This document shows positions 46,999 through 58,905 of a DNA stretch of 64,000 nucleotides, one piece after another; the stretch's first letter is position 1; the number at the start of each line of letters is the position of its first letter. Source of the stretch: Pseudomonadota bacterium (GTDB lineage Bacteria; Myxococcota; JACRCW01; JAFGSX01); NCBI GenBank assembly GCA_043821645.1, contig JBDRCO010000042.1:26457-90456 (forward strand). The letters run 5' to 3'. A program made the translations under genes and the position numbers. The notes below the pieces were generated by a model that did not search any database, was not told where the DNA came from, and saw only the letters and a program-made list of their open reading frames with translations.

Positions 46999-49284
46999 TC
47001 AGGGCAGGCTGACGCCGAAGAGGTGCAGCCCGGTGCCACCGTAGGCGTAGATCACATCACCCTCGAGCTGCACGCCGTCGAGGGCCGAGCTGAGAAACAC
47101 GGCATTGGGGTTGGGCACCGTCACTTCGGCCACCACGCGCGGTGCGACCGGGTCGCGGACATCCAGCACGCTGAGTACGCGACCGCCGCTGCTTGGCGCC
47201 GCGATCAAGCGGTCGCCGTCAAAGTCCAGGGTCTCCGCGGGCACTGCGCTGAAGACTGGGTAGGGCTGCAGCCGCGCGGGATCCCTCGCGTCGTAAAGGT
47301 AGATGCCGCTGGCGTCGGCGACTGCCAGCAGCCCGTCGTCGTTGATCGCGAGATCGCTGCCGCCGTGGAAGGGCCCCGCCACCGGAGCGCTGGTGTCGTC
47401 GAGGTCGTAGACCCACAGCGCGTCAGCCAGCACGATCAGGTACCCGCCAAGCACCTCGAGCGCGCGCGGGTTCGCCAGCGGGATATGCAGGACCTGCGCC
47501 GGCACCGAGCCGCTGACGTCGTGACCGAACACGCCATTGTAGCAGTCGACGGTGTACAGGCGATGACCGACCTGCAGTGCGTCCTTGACGCAGCCCACCG
47601 AGGCCGCAGTCAGGGTCAGCGGCACGCTCAACGACGGTGTCAGCCCGCTGGCAGGCAGATCGTAGACCCGCGTGCCGCTGCGGCATGCCGCCATGACCGC
47701 GCGCTCGTCGTCCACGCGGATGCTGGGCTTGCCCGGGTCCACCTGCGCCAGGCGCTCGAGCACGGCAGGATGCGCCGGATCCGACAGGTCCAGGCGAAGC
47801 ATCTCCTGGCCGTTCGAGGCGATGCTGCCCGCGCCGCCCAGGCCCAGTGCCCGCACCGGGTCAGGCAGGTGGCCGAGCGCGCGAATCTCGACGCTGTTCT
47901 CGTCGATGCGGCCGTCGCAGTCATTGTCGAGACCGTCCTGTGGATCGGTGGCGAGCTGGTCGACCAGGCCGGTGCAGGTCGCCCAGCGGTCGGCCGCGCA
48001 GGTCTCGGTGCCGACCGAGCAGACGCCCACGTTCATGCCGCAGCTTCTTGTCCAGCCTTCCCAGCACCCCAACGCACGCACCTCGCTGGTGTCGATCAGG
48101 GTGAGCCTGGGCTTGCCGCTGGTGACGTCGACGCGCACCCACACCAGCTCGACCTCCTCGCCCGCTGCGATGGCGGGAGCGGCCACGCAGGCCTCGCTGA
48201 TGGGGTTGCAGAGCTGTCGGTACAGACGCGCACTCGTCGTGGAACCGGCACCATCCTGGACAGTTGCCTCGAAGGTGGTGCCGTCGACGCGAGCGCTGGA
48301 GGCCAGTACGCGGTTGAAGGACACGAACTGGCCCTGCAACGCCGCCGCCCGCGCCACCACCTCAGCCACGCTCAGGGCGGTCTGCATCGTGCCCGGGCCG
48401 TGCCACAGGCCACTGTCCGTGAAGCTGCGCAGCGTGGTCATGGTGGCGGGCCCGATGCCGCTGGTGGCGGCAAAGGCCGCCAGGTCAGCCCAGTTCCGGC
48501 CGGTGATCACGTGGTCGGTGATGGCCTTGCTGTAGCGGACGTCGGTGCGCAGCTGGCCGCGGCTGGCGGTGTTGAGGACGGCCAGCGCGATCTGCGCCTG
48601 CGCATCGCTGAAGGTGACGCCGTCAAAGGTCCCGCCCAGGGGCGCGCAGCCGCCCTGCCAGGTAAGCGCAAAGCCCTTGAGCCTCTGCAAGGCGTTGCTG
48701 CCGACGTAGGACACCGCAGCCAGGCGCGCCATGTTCACGGCCGGATCGGGATCGGCAAAGGGGCGCGCCGCCAGGATTCCCGCAGCGGCGCGGGCGTCCA
48801 GGCCGACATCGTCGTCGAGCACGGCGAGTGCGGCGCAATTGCACAGCTCGAGCACCGAGGCCATGTCCTCGGCGCTGAAGGGGACGCCCTCGACGTAGAT
48901 CAGATCGTCGCCGGGCTGCACGTAGCCGCGTGCTCGGGCGAACTCGAGCAGGCGCGCTATCGCGGCGTCGCCCACGTAGGGGATGGCATCCAGCTCGGGC
49001 AGGTCGTCAAAGCGATCGTCGTCAGCGCTGCCGCAGCGCGCGTCGCCTCCGTCGCGGTGGCCGATGATGTTGAAGGCCGCGCGCTTGTCGAGCGCCGCGT
49101 CGTCGTCGAGGGTGGCCGCACCGATGACGCAGTCGTTGACCAGCGCCAGCACGCCCTGCTCCTCCTGTGGGCTGAGCGGTGTGGTGAGCGGCGCATCGGC
49201 CGCGTCGACCGCCAGGGGATCAAGCCCGCCGCAGCCGACCGTCAGGGTGAGTGTCCCGAGCATCCACAGCGTGCGCTTCATCAT
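46999..49284 (-). CDS. Lipoprotein with three helix-hairpin-helix (ComEA-like) repeats, a MopE motif and a C-terminal LVIVD-like beta-propeller
   Basis: Lipobox 'LTVGC'. HhH repeats 'ELDAIPYVGDAAIARL', 'LAAVSYVGSNALQRL', 'FAATSGIGPATMTTL'. 'DGLDNDCDGRIDE'. Propeller repeats 'LDLSDPAHP', 'YDARDPARL', 'LDVRDPVAP'. Confidence 0.8.
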   Translation of the reverse strand: MMKRTLWMLGTLTLTVGCGGLDPLAVDAADAPLTTPLSPQEEQGVLALVNDCVIGAATLDDDAALDKRAAFNIIGHRDGGDARCGSADDDRFDDLPELDAIPYVGDAAIARLLEFARARGYVQPGDDLIYVEGVPFSAEDMASVLELCNCAALAVLDDDVGLDARAAAGILAARPFADPDPAVNMARLAAVSYVGSNALQRLKGFALTWQGGCAPLGGTFDGVTFSDAQAQIALAVLNTASRGQLRTDVRYSKAITDHVITGRNWADLAAFAATSGIGPATMTTLRSFTDSGLWHGPGTMQTALSVAEVVARAAALQGQFVSFNRVLASSARVDGTTFEATVQDGAGSTTSARLYRQLCNPISEACVAAPAIAAGEEVELVWVRVDVTSGKPRLTLIDTSEVRALGCWEGWTRSCGMNVGVCSVGTETCAADRWATCTGLVDQLATDPQDGLDNDCDGRIDENSVEIRALGHLPDPVRALGLGGAGSIASNGQEMLRLDLSDPAHPAVLERLAQVDPGKPSIRVDDERAVMAACRSGTRVYDLPASGLTPSLSVPLTLTAASVGCVKDALQVGHRLYTVDCYNGVFGHDVSGSVPAQVLHIPLANPRALEVLGGYLIVLADALWVYDLDDTSAPVAGPFHGGSDLAINDDGLLAVADASGIYLYDARDPARLQPYPVFSAVPAETLDFDGDRLIAAPSSGGRVLSVLDVRDPVAPRVVAEVTVPNPNAVFLSSALDGVQLEGDVIYAYGGTGLHLFGVSLP

Positions 49285-49295
49285 GGTCGGTCCCC

Positions 49296-49496
49296 CTAGA
49301 CCTCGAGCGTGACCCGTCGCGTACCCGCGGCGAGCGGCTCCTGGTCCTGGTGCTCGAAGTAATCGAGCACGCGCTGGCGCAGCAGCTCGAGCGCCTGGCG
49401 GTCGTCCCTGGCGATGGCCGAACAGCCTGGCAGGTCAGGGCAGAACGCCTGGACGACCTGGCCCTGACCCTTGCGAAGGTGAACTGAGATTTCCAT
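49296..49496 (-). CDS. Short HicB-like protein (66 aa, no DNA-binding domain, no hicA neighbour)
   Basis: 'MEISVHLRKGQGQVVQAFCPDLPGCSAIARDDRQALELLRQRVLDYF' fits the HicB N-terminal pattern (PDLPGC followed by a helix). It is the tail of track ORF 49296..50111. Confidence 0.7.
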   Translation of the reverse strand: MEISVHLRKGQGQVVQAFCPDLPGCSAIARDDRQALELLRQRVLDYFEHQDQEPLAAGTRRVTLEV

Positions 49497-49508
49497 GCTG
49501 CTTGCATG

Positions 49509-49524
49509 AGCAAGCCGCGTGCCC
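49509..49524 (-). promoter_or_regulatory. Sigma54 (-24/-12) promoter
   Basis: Minus strand reads GGGCACGCGGCTTGCT versus consensus TGGCACGNNNNTTGCW, with exact GG-N10-GC spacing. Divergent from a sigma54 activator gene. Confidence 0.85.
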
Positions 49525-49574
49525 CCGCAGGGTCGACGCAAGGGTATGAATTCCTTACGCACTTTTGGTGAGTA

Positions 49575-49612
49575 TGTTGCAAATATGTAGCTATTGCTGT
49601 AAAAATGCAACA
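49575..49612. promoter_or_regulatory. Tandem palindromic enhancer-binding-protein sites (UAS)
   Basis: TGTTGCA-AATA-TGTAGCT and TGCTGTA-AAAA-TGCAACA, both variants of TGTTGCA-N4-TGCAACA, 20 bp apart. They lie about 77-114 nt upstream of the predicted sigma54 start in an AT-rich patch. Confidence 0.7.
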
Positions 49613-49616
49613 ATAG

Positions 49617-51125
<1,509 letters not shown>

Positions 51126-51138
51126 CGGGGTCGTGGGG

Positions 51139-52338
51139 CTAGTAGCAGCTCACCACGGTGGCGTCGACGATGACGTCGGCGTAGGAGCCCGGGGGCAGGT
51201 CCACCGGCACGAAGCCGAACCAGCAGGCGCCCCAGCGGTCCTGGGCCTCGACCTCGATCTCGTACAGGCCGGGCACGAAGACCTCGCGCCACATGGGCAG
51301 CTCGTCGCAGCGAACCTCGAGCTCGTCCTCGATGCTGCCGTCGGCGCTGCGCAGCACGCGCAGGGTCACCCAGTCGACGCCGGCGCCCTGGCAGGTGTAG
51401 CCGTTGAAGCTGCCTTCGAGGAAGAAGTCGCCGAAGTTCTCGTCCAGGCGATCCAGGACCAGGGGCCCGAGGTCGGTGACGTAGCCGGCGACCACGTCGA
51501 AGCCAAGCGCGGAACCCAGGTACATGTCCAGGGGCAGGCCGTGGTAGTCGCCCACGCCCACCAGGTCCAGGTCGTACCGGCCCGCGGGCAGCTGATCGAT
51601 CTGGATGGGGCCCTCGGTGCAGCCCATGCGCTCGCTGAACACCAGGCTGCCGGAGCGGTCGGTGAGCATCACGTCCACGGCTTCGACCCCGGCGTAGGCG
51701 CAGTCGTAGGTCGACGAGGTCTCGGGGTAGACGAAGCTCCAGTCCAGGGCCAGCGACCCCCTGGTCGGGGTCGGCGCCGGGGGAGGGGGCGGCGGGGGAG
51801 GCGGCGCGCTGACGTCGAGCAGGGTGACTCGCCCGAGGTCGGTGAGCAGGTCACCGTACACGTCGAGGCGCAGCTCGGAGGCGAAGCTCAGGCTGCCCGC
51901 GCCGTCGGCGTACAGGTTGATCTCGTACAGGCCGGGCACGAAGTCGTAAAAGGTCGCGCCGCCATCGCTGCAGGGCAGGATCACGGACATGCCGTCGCTG
52001 GTATCCAGGCCATCGATCTGGATCTCGATCTCGTGAACGCCGGCCTGGGCGCAGCTCAGCCCGCCTTCGAGCCGCCACGACAGGGCGAGGTCGCCAAAGG
52101 CGTCGCAGGTCGGGGCCGGGTCTTCGGGAAGGGTGTAGGAGCGCGCACTGCACCAGTCGGTGCACTGGGTCTCACACACACCGCTGTCATCACACAGGGT
52201 GGTGCAGTCCTGCCCACGGCTGTCGAAGCAGCTGGTGCGGCGGGGATCGCGACCGTCGACCACGATGCAGCCGGCGGCGATCAGGGCCAGGGCGATGGTC
52301 ATGAACCCGGTTCGCTTCAAGATTGTCTGGCGTGTCAT
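51139..52338 (-). CDS. Lipoprotein with three tandem Cys-containing beta-rich repeats (paralog of 29295-30329)
   Basis: GAGGAGG RBS, lipobox 'AAGC', an extra Cys-rich N-terminus and poly-Pro linker. 'GSLALDWSFVYP..DCAYAGV' closely matches the paralog. Confidence 0.82.
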   Translation of the reverse strand: MTRQTILKRTGFMTIALALIAAGCIVVDGRDPRRTSCFDSRGQDCTTLCDDSGVCETQCTDWCSARSYTLPEDPAPTCDAFGDLALSWRLEGGLSCAQAGVHEIEIQIDGLDTSDGMSVILPCSDGGATFYDFVPGLYEINLYADGAGSLSFASELRLDVYGDLLTDLGRVTLLDVSAPPPPPPPPPAPTPTRGSLALDWSFVYPETSSTYDCAYAGVEAVDVMLTDRSGSLVFSERMGCTEGPIQIDQLPAGRYDLDLVGVGDYHGLPLDMYLGSALGFDVVAGYVTDLGPLVLDRLDENFGDFFLEGSFNGYTCQGAGVDWVTLRVLRSADGSIEDELEVRCDELPMWREVFVPGLYEIEVEAQDRWGACWFGFVPVDLPPGSYADVIVDATVVSCY

Positions 52339-52566
52339 GGCGTCCTCCTCATTCTCTGGCGCTTGGACGCGAGGCAGGTCCGACGATTCATCGGGTGAGC
52401 CAGGTCACACCCCGGATCTCGCCTGGGATTTTGCGCGGCGGCGCTGAAACGTGATGGCCCTCACCGCCCTGACGAGGGCCGGGAATGCCGCAGGGGGCGC
52501 CGGTGTTTAGATTGCGTCGCGCGGCCGTGACGGGCGCGACCTTTTCATCTTTGCGCGAGGTGTCTC

Positions 52567-54066
<1,500 letters not shown>

Positions 54067-54079
54067 GCCCCCCTGCGCC

Positions 54080-56314
54080 TCAGCCCCTCGTCCGAACCAG
54101 GCGGTGAGCGCAAAAAGCTTCGAGGGCGCGCAAGGCGCGATCGGCGGTGCGGAAAGTGGGCACGCCCTGGCTCTCGAGCAGCGTGGCCATGGCGTCGTAG
54201 GCGCTGCCGCCGTCAACCACCGCAACCCAGGGCTTGGCTGTTGCAGCAAAGAGCCGGCCCAACCTCGCCACCACGGCGTCGTCGCGGGTGAGATCCTCGT
54301 GGTGCGCATCGCCTTTCTGCAGGGTTTGCAGGGCGCCGGTCAGGGGCACGCAGCCCACGACGGCAACGTCGATGTCTGGATCCTCGAGCAGGGCGCGGGT
54401 CACGTCCTCGTAGCCGGCATCGCCCAGCATGGGGGTCAGGTCGAGGGGGTGGTGGACCTCGACGATGCCCTTGAGCCGGTACTGGACCAGCAGCTCCTCG
54501 AGGTGCGCGTTCAGCGTCGGCGAGAAGGGGTGCAGCGCGAGGCGGCCGAGGTTGTCGGCGAAGCCCACGCACTCGAAGCCGGCGTTGGACACCGCGCCGA
54601 GACGCCAGCCCTGCACGCGCTTGTGGCGCAACAGGGTGAAGGTGCGGACCAGTTCTTCGAAGTCCTGCAGGCTGTCGGCGACGACGGCGCCGGCCTGCAA
54701 CGCCAGCTCGCGGGTCACCGTGTAGTCACCGGCCACGCTGGCCGTGTGCGAGGCCGAGGCGGCGGCTCCCTGCGCCGTGCGCCCGGCGCGGTACAGGATC
54801 ACGGTGCGACCGCTGCGGGAGATCTCCCGCGTGGCCTCGAGCCACTTCAGGCCGTCACCGGGACGGAAGCCCTCGACGTAGCAGGCCACCACCTCGACCT
54901 GGGGATCCCGGGCAAAGTGTGCGAGGTAGTCGCCCACGCACAGGTCCATCTGGTTGCCGATGCTGACGATGTAGCGCGGGTTGAGGCTGGCGAGCTTGCT
55001 GGCGCGGGCCACGGCCAGGGCGCCGGACTGCGACAGCAGGGCCAGCGGCGATTCCGGGCGGTCGGTGGGCGGCAGCTTGTACTGCGGGATGAACATCGTG
55101 TCGTAGTGACCGGGCCGCGAGCGCACGCCGAGGCTGTTGCCGCCGTTGAGCAGGGGCCCTTGCCACGAGGTCGCGCGCGACGTGGTCAGGGCCTGCTGCA
55201 TGCGCTCGACCAGGGGCTGCGAGTCGCTGGTCTCGCCCAGGCCGCCCGGGATCACGATCACACTCTCGGCCTTGCGTCCGGCGACGATCTGTTCGATGGC
55301 CTCGGGCGCCTGCGCCGCGCTGATGGCCAGCACGAGGAGGTCCACCGGCGCCGGTAGCGACGGGATGTCGGGCACGCAGGGGCAGCCCTCGAAGGTCTGG
55401 CGATCGGGCTTGATCACGAAAAGCTTCGCCGGGTCGAAACCCTCGCGCAGCAGGTTCTTGACGATGATGTGGCCGGGGTTGGGTTTGTCGGACACACCCA
55501 TGACGGCCACCGAGCGCGGCTCGAGCAGGTTCTTCAGCTTGTGCAGCGGCCGCGCCGCGGGCGGATCCTGGACACCGGCTCCGAGAGTCGCCAGCACGTC
55601 GAGGGCGAGCAGTGTGTGGTCGTGTACCACCATCGGGTTGATCTCGATCTCTCCCAGCTGCGCAGGCAGGTGTGCCCGGGCAAAGGCTACGGCCAGGCGA
55701 AGGACCCGGGTCACCGCCTCGCGCGAGATGCGCGGCGCCTGACCGCGCAGCCCGCCAAACAGCAAAGGCGCGATGGCCTTGCCGTCAAGGGCGTGCGCCA
55801 GATCGTCGTCGTCCGCCAGGGCGGGTGACAGCACGGCCACATCGCGGCCGGGTACGAAATTTTTTGCCAGGAACTCGGTGTAGATGCCTCCGGCACCGAG
55901 GCTGACCACAGGACCAAAGTCCGGCGTCACGCGCAGGCCAAGCAGCAGCTCGTTGCCCAGGGCCGGGTCAAAGGGCACACGCTCGACCACCAGGTAGCCA
56001 TCGATCTCGTGCGCGCCGAGCGCGCTCGCCATGTCTGCTACCGCCGCGGCCACCGCCTCGGGGGTTCTGGCCACCACGGCCACGCCACCGACGTCACTCT
56101 TGTGCAGGATCTGGTGTGAGCAGACCTTGACCACCACGCGCTCGCCCGCGAAGCCCGCCAGGTCGAGGGCCCGGGCCTCGGCAGCGTCGCGCACCAGGGC
56201 ATGACGAGGGGCCTGCAACCCGAGTTCCTCGAGCAGGGCGTAGCCCTCGTGTTCGGTCAGGGCGTGCCGTCCGCGGTCGCGGGCGCGCTGGACCAGCTGT
56301 TCGACCCGGTTCAC
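54080..56314 (-). CDS. ADP-forming acyl-CoA synthetase (ACD), fused beta(ATP-grasp)-alpha(CoA-binding) order
   Basis: 'ILHKSDVGGV', 'EIEINP', 'LLEPRSVAVMG', 'LSQSGA', phospho-His 'ASHTA', 'SNAG', 'PLDL'. Confidence 0.88.
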   Translation of the reverse strand: MNRVEQLVQRARDRGRHALTEHEGYALLEELGLQAPRHALVRDAAEARALDLAGFAGERVVVKVCSHQILHKSDVGGVAVVARTPEAVAAAVADMASALGAHEIDGYLVVERVPFDPALGNELLLGLRVTPDFGPVVSLGAGGIYTEFLAKNFVPGRDVAVLSPALADDDDLAHALDGKAIAPLLFGGLRGQAPRISREAVTRVLRLAVAFARAHLPAQLGEIEINPMVVHDHTLLALDVLATLGAGVQDPPAARPLHKLKNLLEPRSVAVMGVSDKPNPGHIIVKNLLREGFDPAKLFVIKPDRQTFEGCPCVPDIPSLPAPVDLLVLAISAAQAPEAIEQIVAGRKAESVIVIPGGLGETSDSQPLVERMQQALTTSRATSWQGPLLNGGNSLGVRSRPGHYDTMFIPQYKLPPTDRPESPLALLSQSGALAVARASKLASLNPRYIVSIGNQMDLCVGDYLAHFARDPQVEVVACYVEGFRPGDGLKWLEATREISRSGRTVILYRAGRTAQGAAASASHTASVAGDYTVTRELALQAGAVVADSLQDFEELVRTFTLLRHKRVQGWRLGAVSNAGFECVGFADNLGRLALHPFSPTLNAHLEELLVQYRLKGIVEVHHPLDLTPMLGDAGYEDVTRALLEDPDIDVAVVGCVPLTGALQTLQKGDAHHEDLTRDDAVVARLGRLFAATAKPWVAVVDGGSAYDAMATLLESQGVPTFRTADRALRALEAFCAHRLVRTRG

Positions 56315-56883
56315 GCCACAGCCTCGCGCCCCATCTCGAAGGCCTTGAGGTTGGCGTCGACGACCTTGTCGCCCTTGCGGGCAAACATGTCGCGGATGAA
56401 CTGGCTCAGGGTGGCTGATTTGAGCGGCAGCAGCGACGAGGCCGCGCCCACCATGACCACGTTGGAGGCGCGGTGCGAGCCGGCCTGCTTGGCCAGCTTC
56501 TTGGCCTCGATGAGGGTTCCCCGGGGCAGGGCGCGGATGGCGGCCAGGACCTCGTCGAGTGGCGGATAGTCCGGGATGTTGGTCACCGGCTCGTCCGACG
56601 CCAGCACCACCCCCTGCGGTCCCAAAAACTCGAGGTAGCGCAGGCTCTCCAGTGGCTCCATGCCCAGGATCAGATCGGCGGTGCCGCGGGGGATGGTGTT
56701 GCTGTGGATGGGTTGGTCCGACAGCCGCAGGTCGGCCACCACCGCGCCACCGCGCTGGCTCATGCCGTGGACCTCGGCCTGCTTCACGTGCAGGCCTTCC
56801 TTGAGTGCGGACGAGGCGATGATCGCGGACAGCGACAGCACGCCCTGTCCTCCGACGCCAGCGATGACGATGTCGAACTTCAT
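56311..56883 (-). CDS. iorB: Indolepyruvate:ferredoxin oxidoreductase beta subunit
   Basis: 'IVIAGVGGQG', 'EVHGMSQRGGAV', 'NVVMVGA', 'NLKAFEMG'. Confidence 0.92.
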   Translation of the reverse strand: MKFDIVIAGVGGQGVLSLSAIIASSALKEGLHVKQAEVHGMSQRGGAVVADLRLSDQPIHSNTIPRGTADLILGMEPLESLRYLEFLGPQGVVLASDEPVTNIPDYPPLDEVLAAIRALPRGTLIEAKKLAKQAGSHRASNVVMVGAASSLLPLKSATLSQFIRDMFARKGDKVVDANLKAFEMGREAVA

Positions 56884-56935
56884 GGCAGCTTTCCTTTCAG
56901 GGCCGGCAGCTCCTCGTCGTGGCACCACGGTTGCC

Positions 56936-58552
56936 TCAATGCTTCTTGGCAGTCTCCAGGCACTCGCGGCGGAAGATGATCACCGACGGTCCGTCGTGGG
57001 CCATCTCCTGCTTGAGCACCTCGACCATGCGGTCCAGGTTCTTGCGGTGGGCCTCGACCACGTGGCAGTGCTCGGGTGCGATGCCGGTGCCCAGCACCAG
57101 CTGTTCCAGCCGCGACGAGGGGACGATGGTGGGCTGGCCGCCGGTCATGGCCGTGGTCTCGTTGTCGTCGATGACCAGGGTCATGGGGGTCTTGTCGGCC
57201 ACCGCGTCCATCAGCGGCGTCACCCCCGAGTGGCAGAAGGTGCTGTCGCCGATCACACCCAGGGCCGGCCGCAGCCCGGCCTCGGCCGCGCCCTTGGCCA
57301 TGCCCACGCTGGCGCCCATGCACACGCAGGATTCGATGGCGTTGTAGGGCGGCAGCGCGCCCAGGGTGTAGCAGCCGATGTCCGCGGTCACGATGCTGTC
57401 GTCAAAGCTCGCGCGCGCGCGGGCGATCGCGGTGAAGGCATCGATGTGCGAGCAGCCCTGGCACAGCTGCGGCGGTCGCGTGGGCAGGTGCAGGGGCGTG
57501 CTGGCGCCGGCGCTGTGTTCGGACAGGCCCAGGGCGCGGCGCACGACGTCGGAGTTGAGTTCGCCACTCAGCGGCAGTTCACCGCTCAGCTTGCCGGCGA
57601 TGGGCAGCGGCGCGGGCAGCAGGCCACGCAGGTAGCGCTCGACGTAAGGATAGCCCTCCTCGATCACCACCAGGCGCTCGACCTGCCGGGCAAGTGCGCG
57701 CACCTTCTGTACCGGGATGGGGTAGGCCGAGATGTGCAGGTGGGCCGGCTTGTCGTCGATCTCGCTCCAGTTCTCGAGCACGTAGTTGCGGGCGATACCG
57801 GTGGTGATCACACCCCAGCGGCGGCTCCGCCCGTCGAGATCCAGTGCATTCAGCGGGGTTGACTCGACCCAGTCCATGATCTCGGGTCGCTGCAGCATGC
57901 GCTGGTTCCACTGCCGCCGGGCATTCTGGGGCAGCAGGATCCACGACGCGGGATCGCTCGGCTTGTGCAAGGGATTCTCGGGACGCTGGGTGCCCACCTC
58001 GACCACCGCGCGGCTGTGCGCCAGGCGGGTGACCAGGCGCAGTACCACCGGCAGGCCAAAGCGCTCGGACAGGTCGAAGGCCTCGCGCGTCATCGCGTAG
58101 ACCTCCTGCTGGGTCGCCGGCTCCAGGCACAGGGTGTGCGCGAAGTCGGCGAAGTAGCGCGTGTCCTGCTCGTTCTGCGACGAGTGCATGCCCGGGTCGT
58201 CGGCCACGGCCACCACCAGGCCGCCGTTGATGGCCACCACCGCGGCGTTCATGAAGGGGTCCGCGGCCACGTTGAGGCCGACGTGCTTCATGCACACCAG
58301 GCTGCGCCGCCCGACGATGGACACGCCCAGGGCCGCCTCGAAGGCGGTCTTCTCGTTGGCCGCCCAGGCCGCGTGAGGAGCGCCATGGCGCTTTTTGTAC
58401 TGCAGCAAGTAGTCGACGATCTCCGTCGAGGGTGTGCCGGGGTAGGCGTAGGCCGCGGTCAGGCCCGCGTGCACCGCGCCAAGGGCCACGGCCTCGTCAC
58501 CCAGGAGCACCAGCTGCTGCGAGGTCTTCTGATCGTGCGCTGCTTCAGCCAT
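56936..58552 (-). CDS. iorA: Indolepyruvate:ferredoxin oxidoreductase alpha subunit (no C-terminal ferredoxin domain)
   Basis: 'AYPGTPSTEI', 'NEKTAFE', 'MKHVGLNVAADP', 'DDPGMHSSQNEQD', 'DIGCY', TPP motif 'GDSTF...DN.TTAMTGGQ'. Start ATG 58552 with AGGAG. Confidence 0.92.
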   Translation of the reverse strand: MAEAAHDQKTSQQLVLLGDEAVALGAVHAGLTAAYAYPGTPSTEIVDYLLQYKKRHGAPHAAWAANEKTAFEAALGVSIVGRRSLVCMKHVGLNVAADPFMNAAVVAINGGLVVAVADDPGMHSSQNEQDTRYFADFAHTLCLEPATQQEVYAMTREAFDLSERFGLPVVLRLVTRLAHSRAVVEVGTQRPENPLHKPSDPASWILLPQNARRQWNQRMLQRPEIMDWVESTPLNALDLDGRSRRWGVITTGIARNYVLENWSEIDDKPAHLHISAYPIPVQKVRALARQVERLVVIEEGYPYVERYLRGLLPAPLPIAGKLSGELPLSGELNSDVVRRALGLSEHSAGASTPLHLPTRPPQLCQGCSHIDAFTAIARARASFDDSIVTADIGCYTLGALPPYNAIESCVCMGASVGMAKGAAEAGLRPALGVIGDSTFCHSGVTPLMDAVADKTPMTLVIDDNETTAMTGGQPTIVPSSRLEQLVLGTGIAPEHCHVVEAHRKNLDRMVEVLKQEMAHDGPSVIIFRRECLETAKKH

Positions 58553-58905
58553 CGGCGTCTCCTGACCAGGGGGCGTGGAACGCTCCTGGGGTCGTGGTTC
58601 AGGGCCTCGTGCCCCCCCTCCCGCGTGATCGGTCCGCGGGAGACCTCCCCCACCGTGCCGTTCCGGGATCGCCCGGGCGATCCCTTCGCCCCCGTCGTGC
58701 AAGAGCCGCCCTCCAGGCGGGCGCGCATCCTCGAACCCCAGTCCGTCCGTGCGGCAGATAAATCCCATGAACTGCTCGGATTCATCGTGCGCTGCTCGGA
58801 CCAACAGCATGGTCGATACAGGACCGAATGCAGTGCGTCAATGGCGACACGGCGGGCTTGCCGCCGCCTTGACGGCGCTGCGGGCCTGACTCATTGTGGC
58901 CTGGA

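Noticed and set aside
49296-49496. Complete HicAB toxin-antitoxin system
   Set aside because: There is no hicA-like ORF on either side; the space is taken by the promoter and the lipoprotein gene.
51775-51810. G-rich low-complexity tract as a DNA repeat or G-quadruplex element
   Set aside because: Explained by the poly-proline linker codons of the minus-strand lipoprotein.
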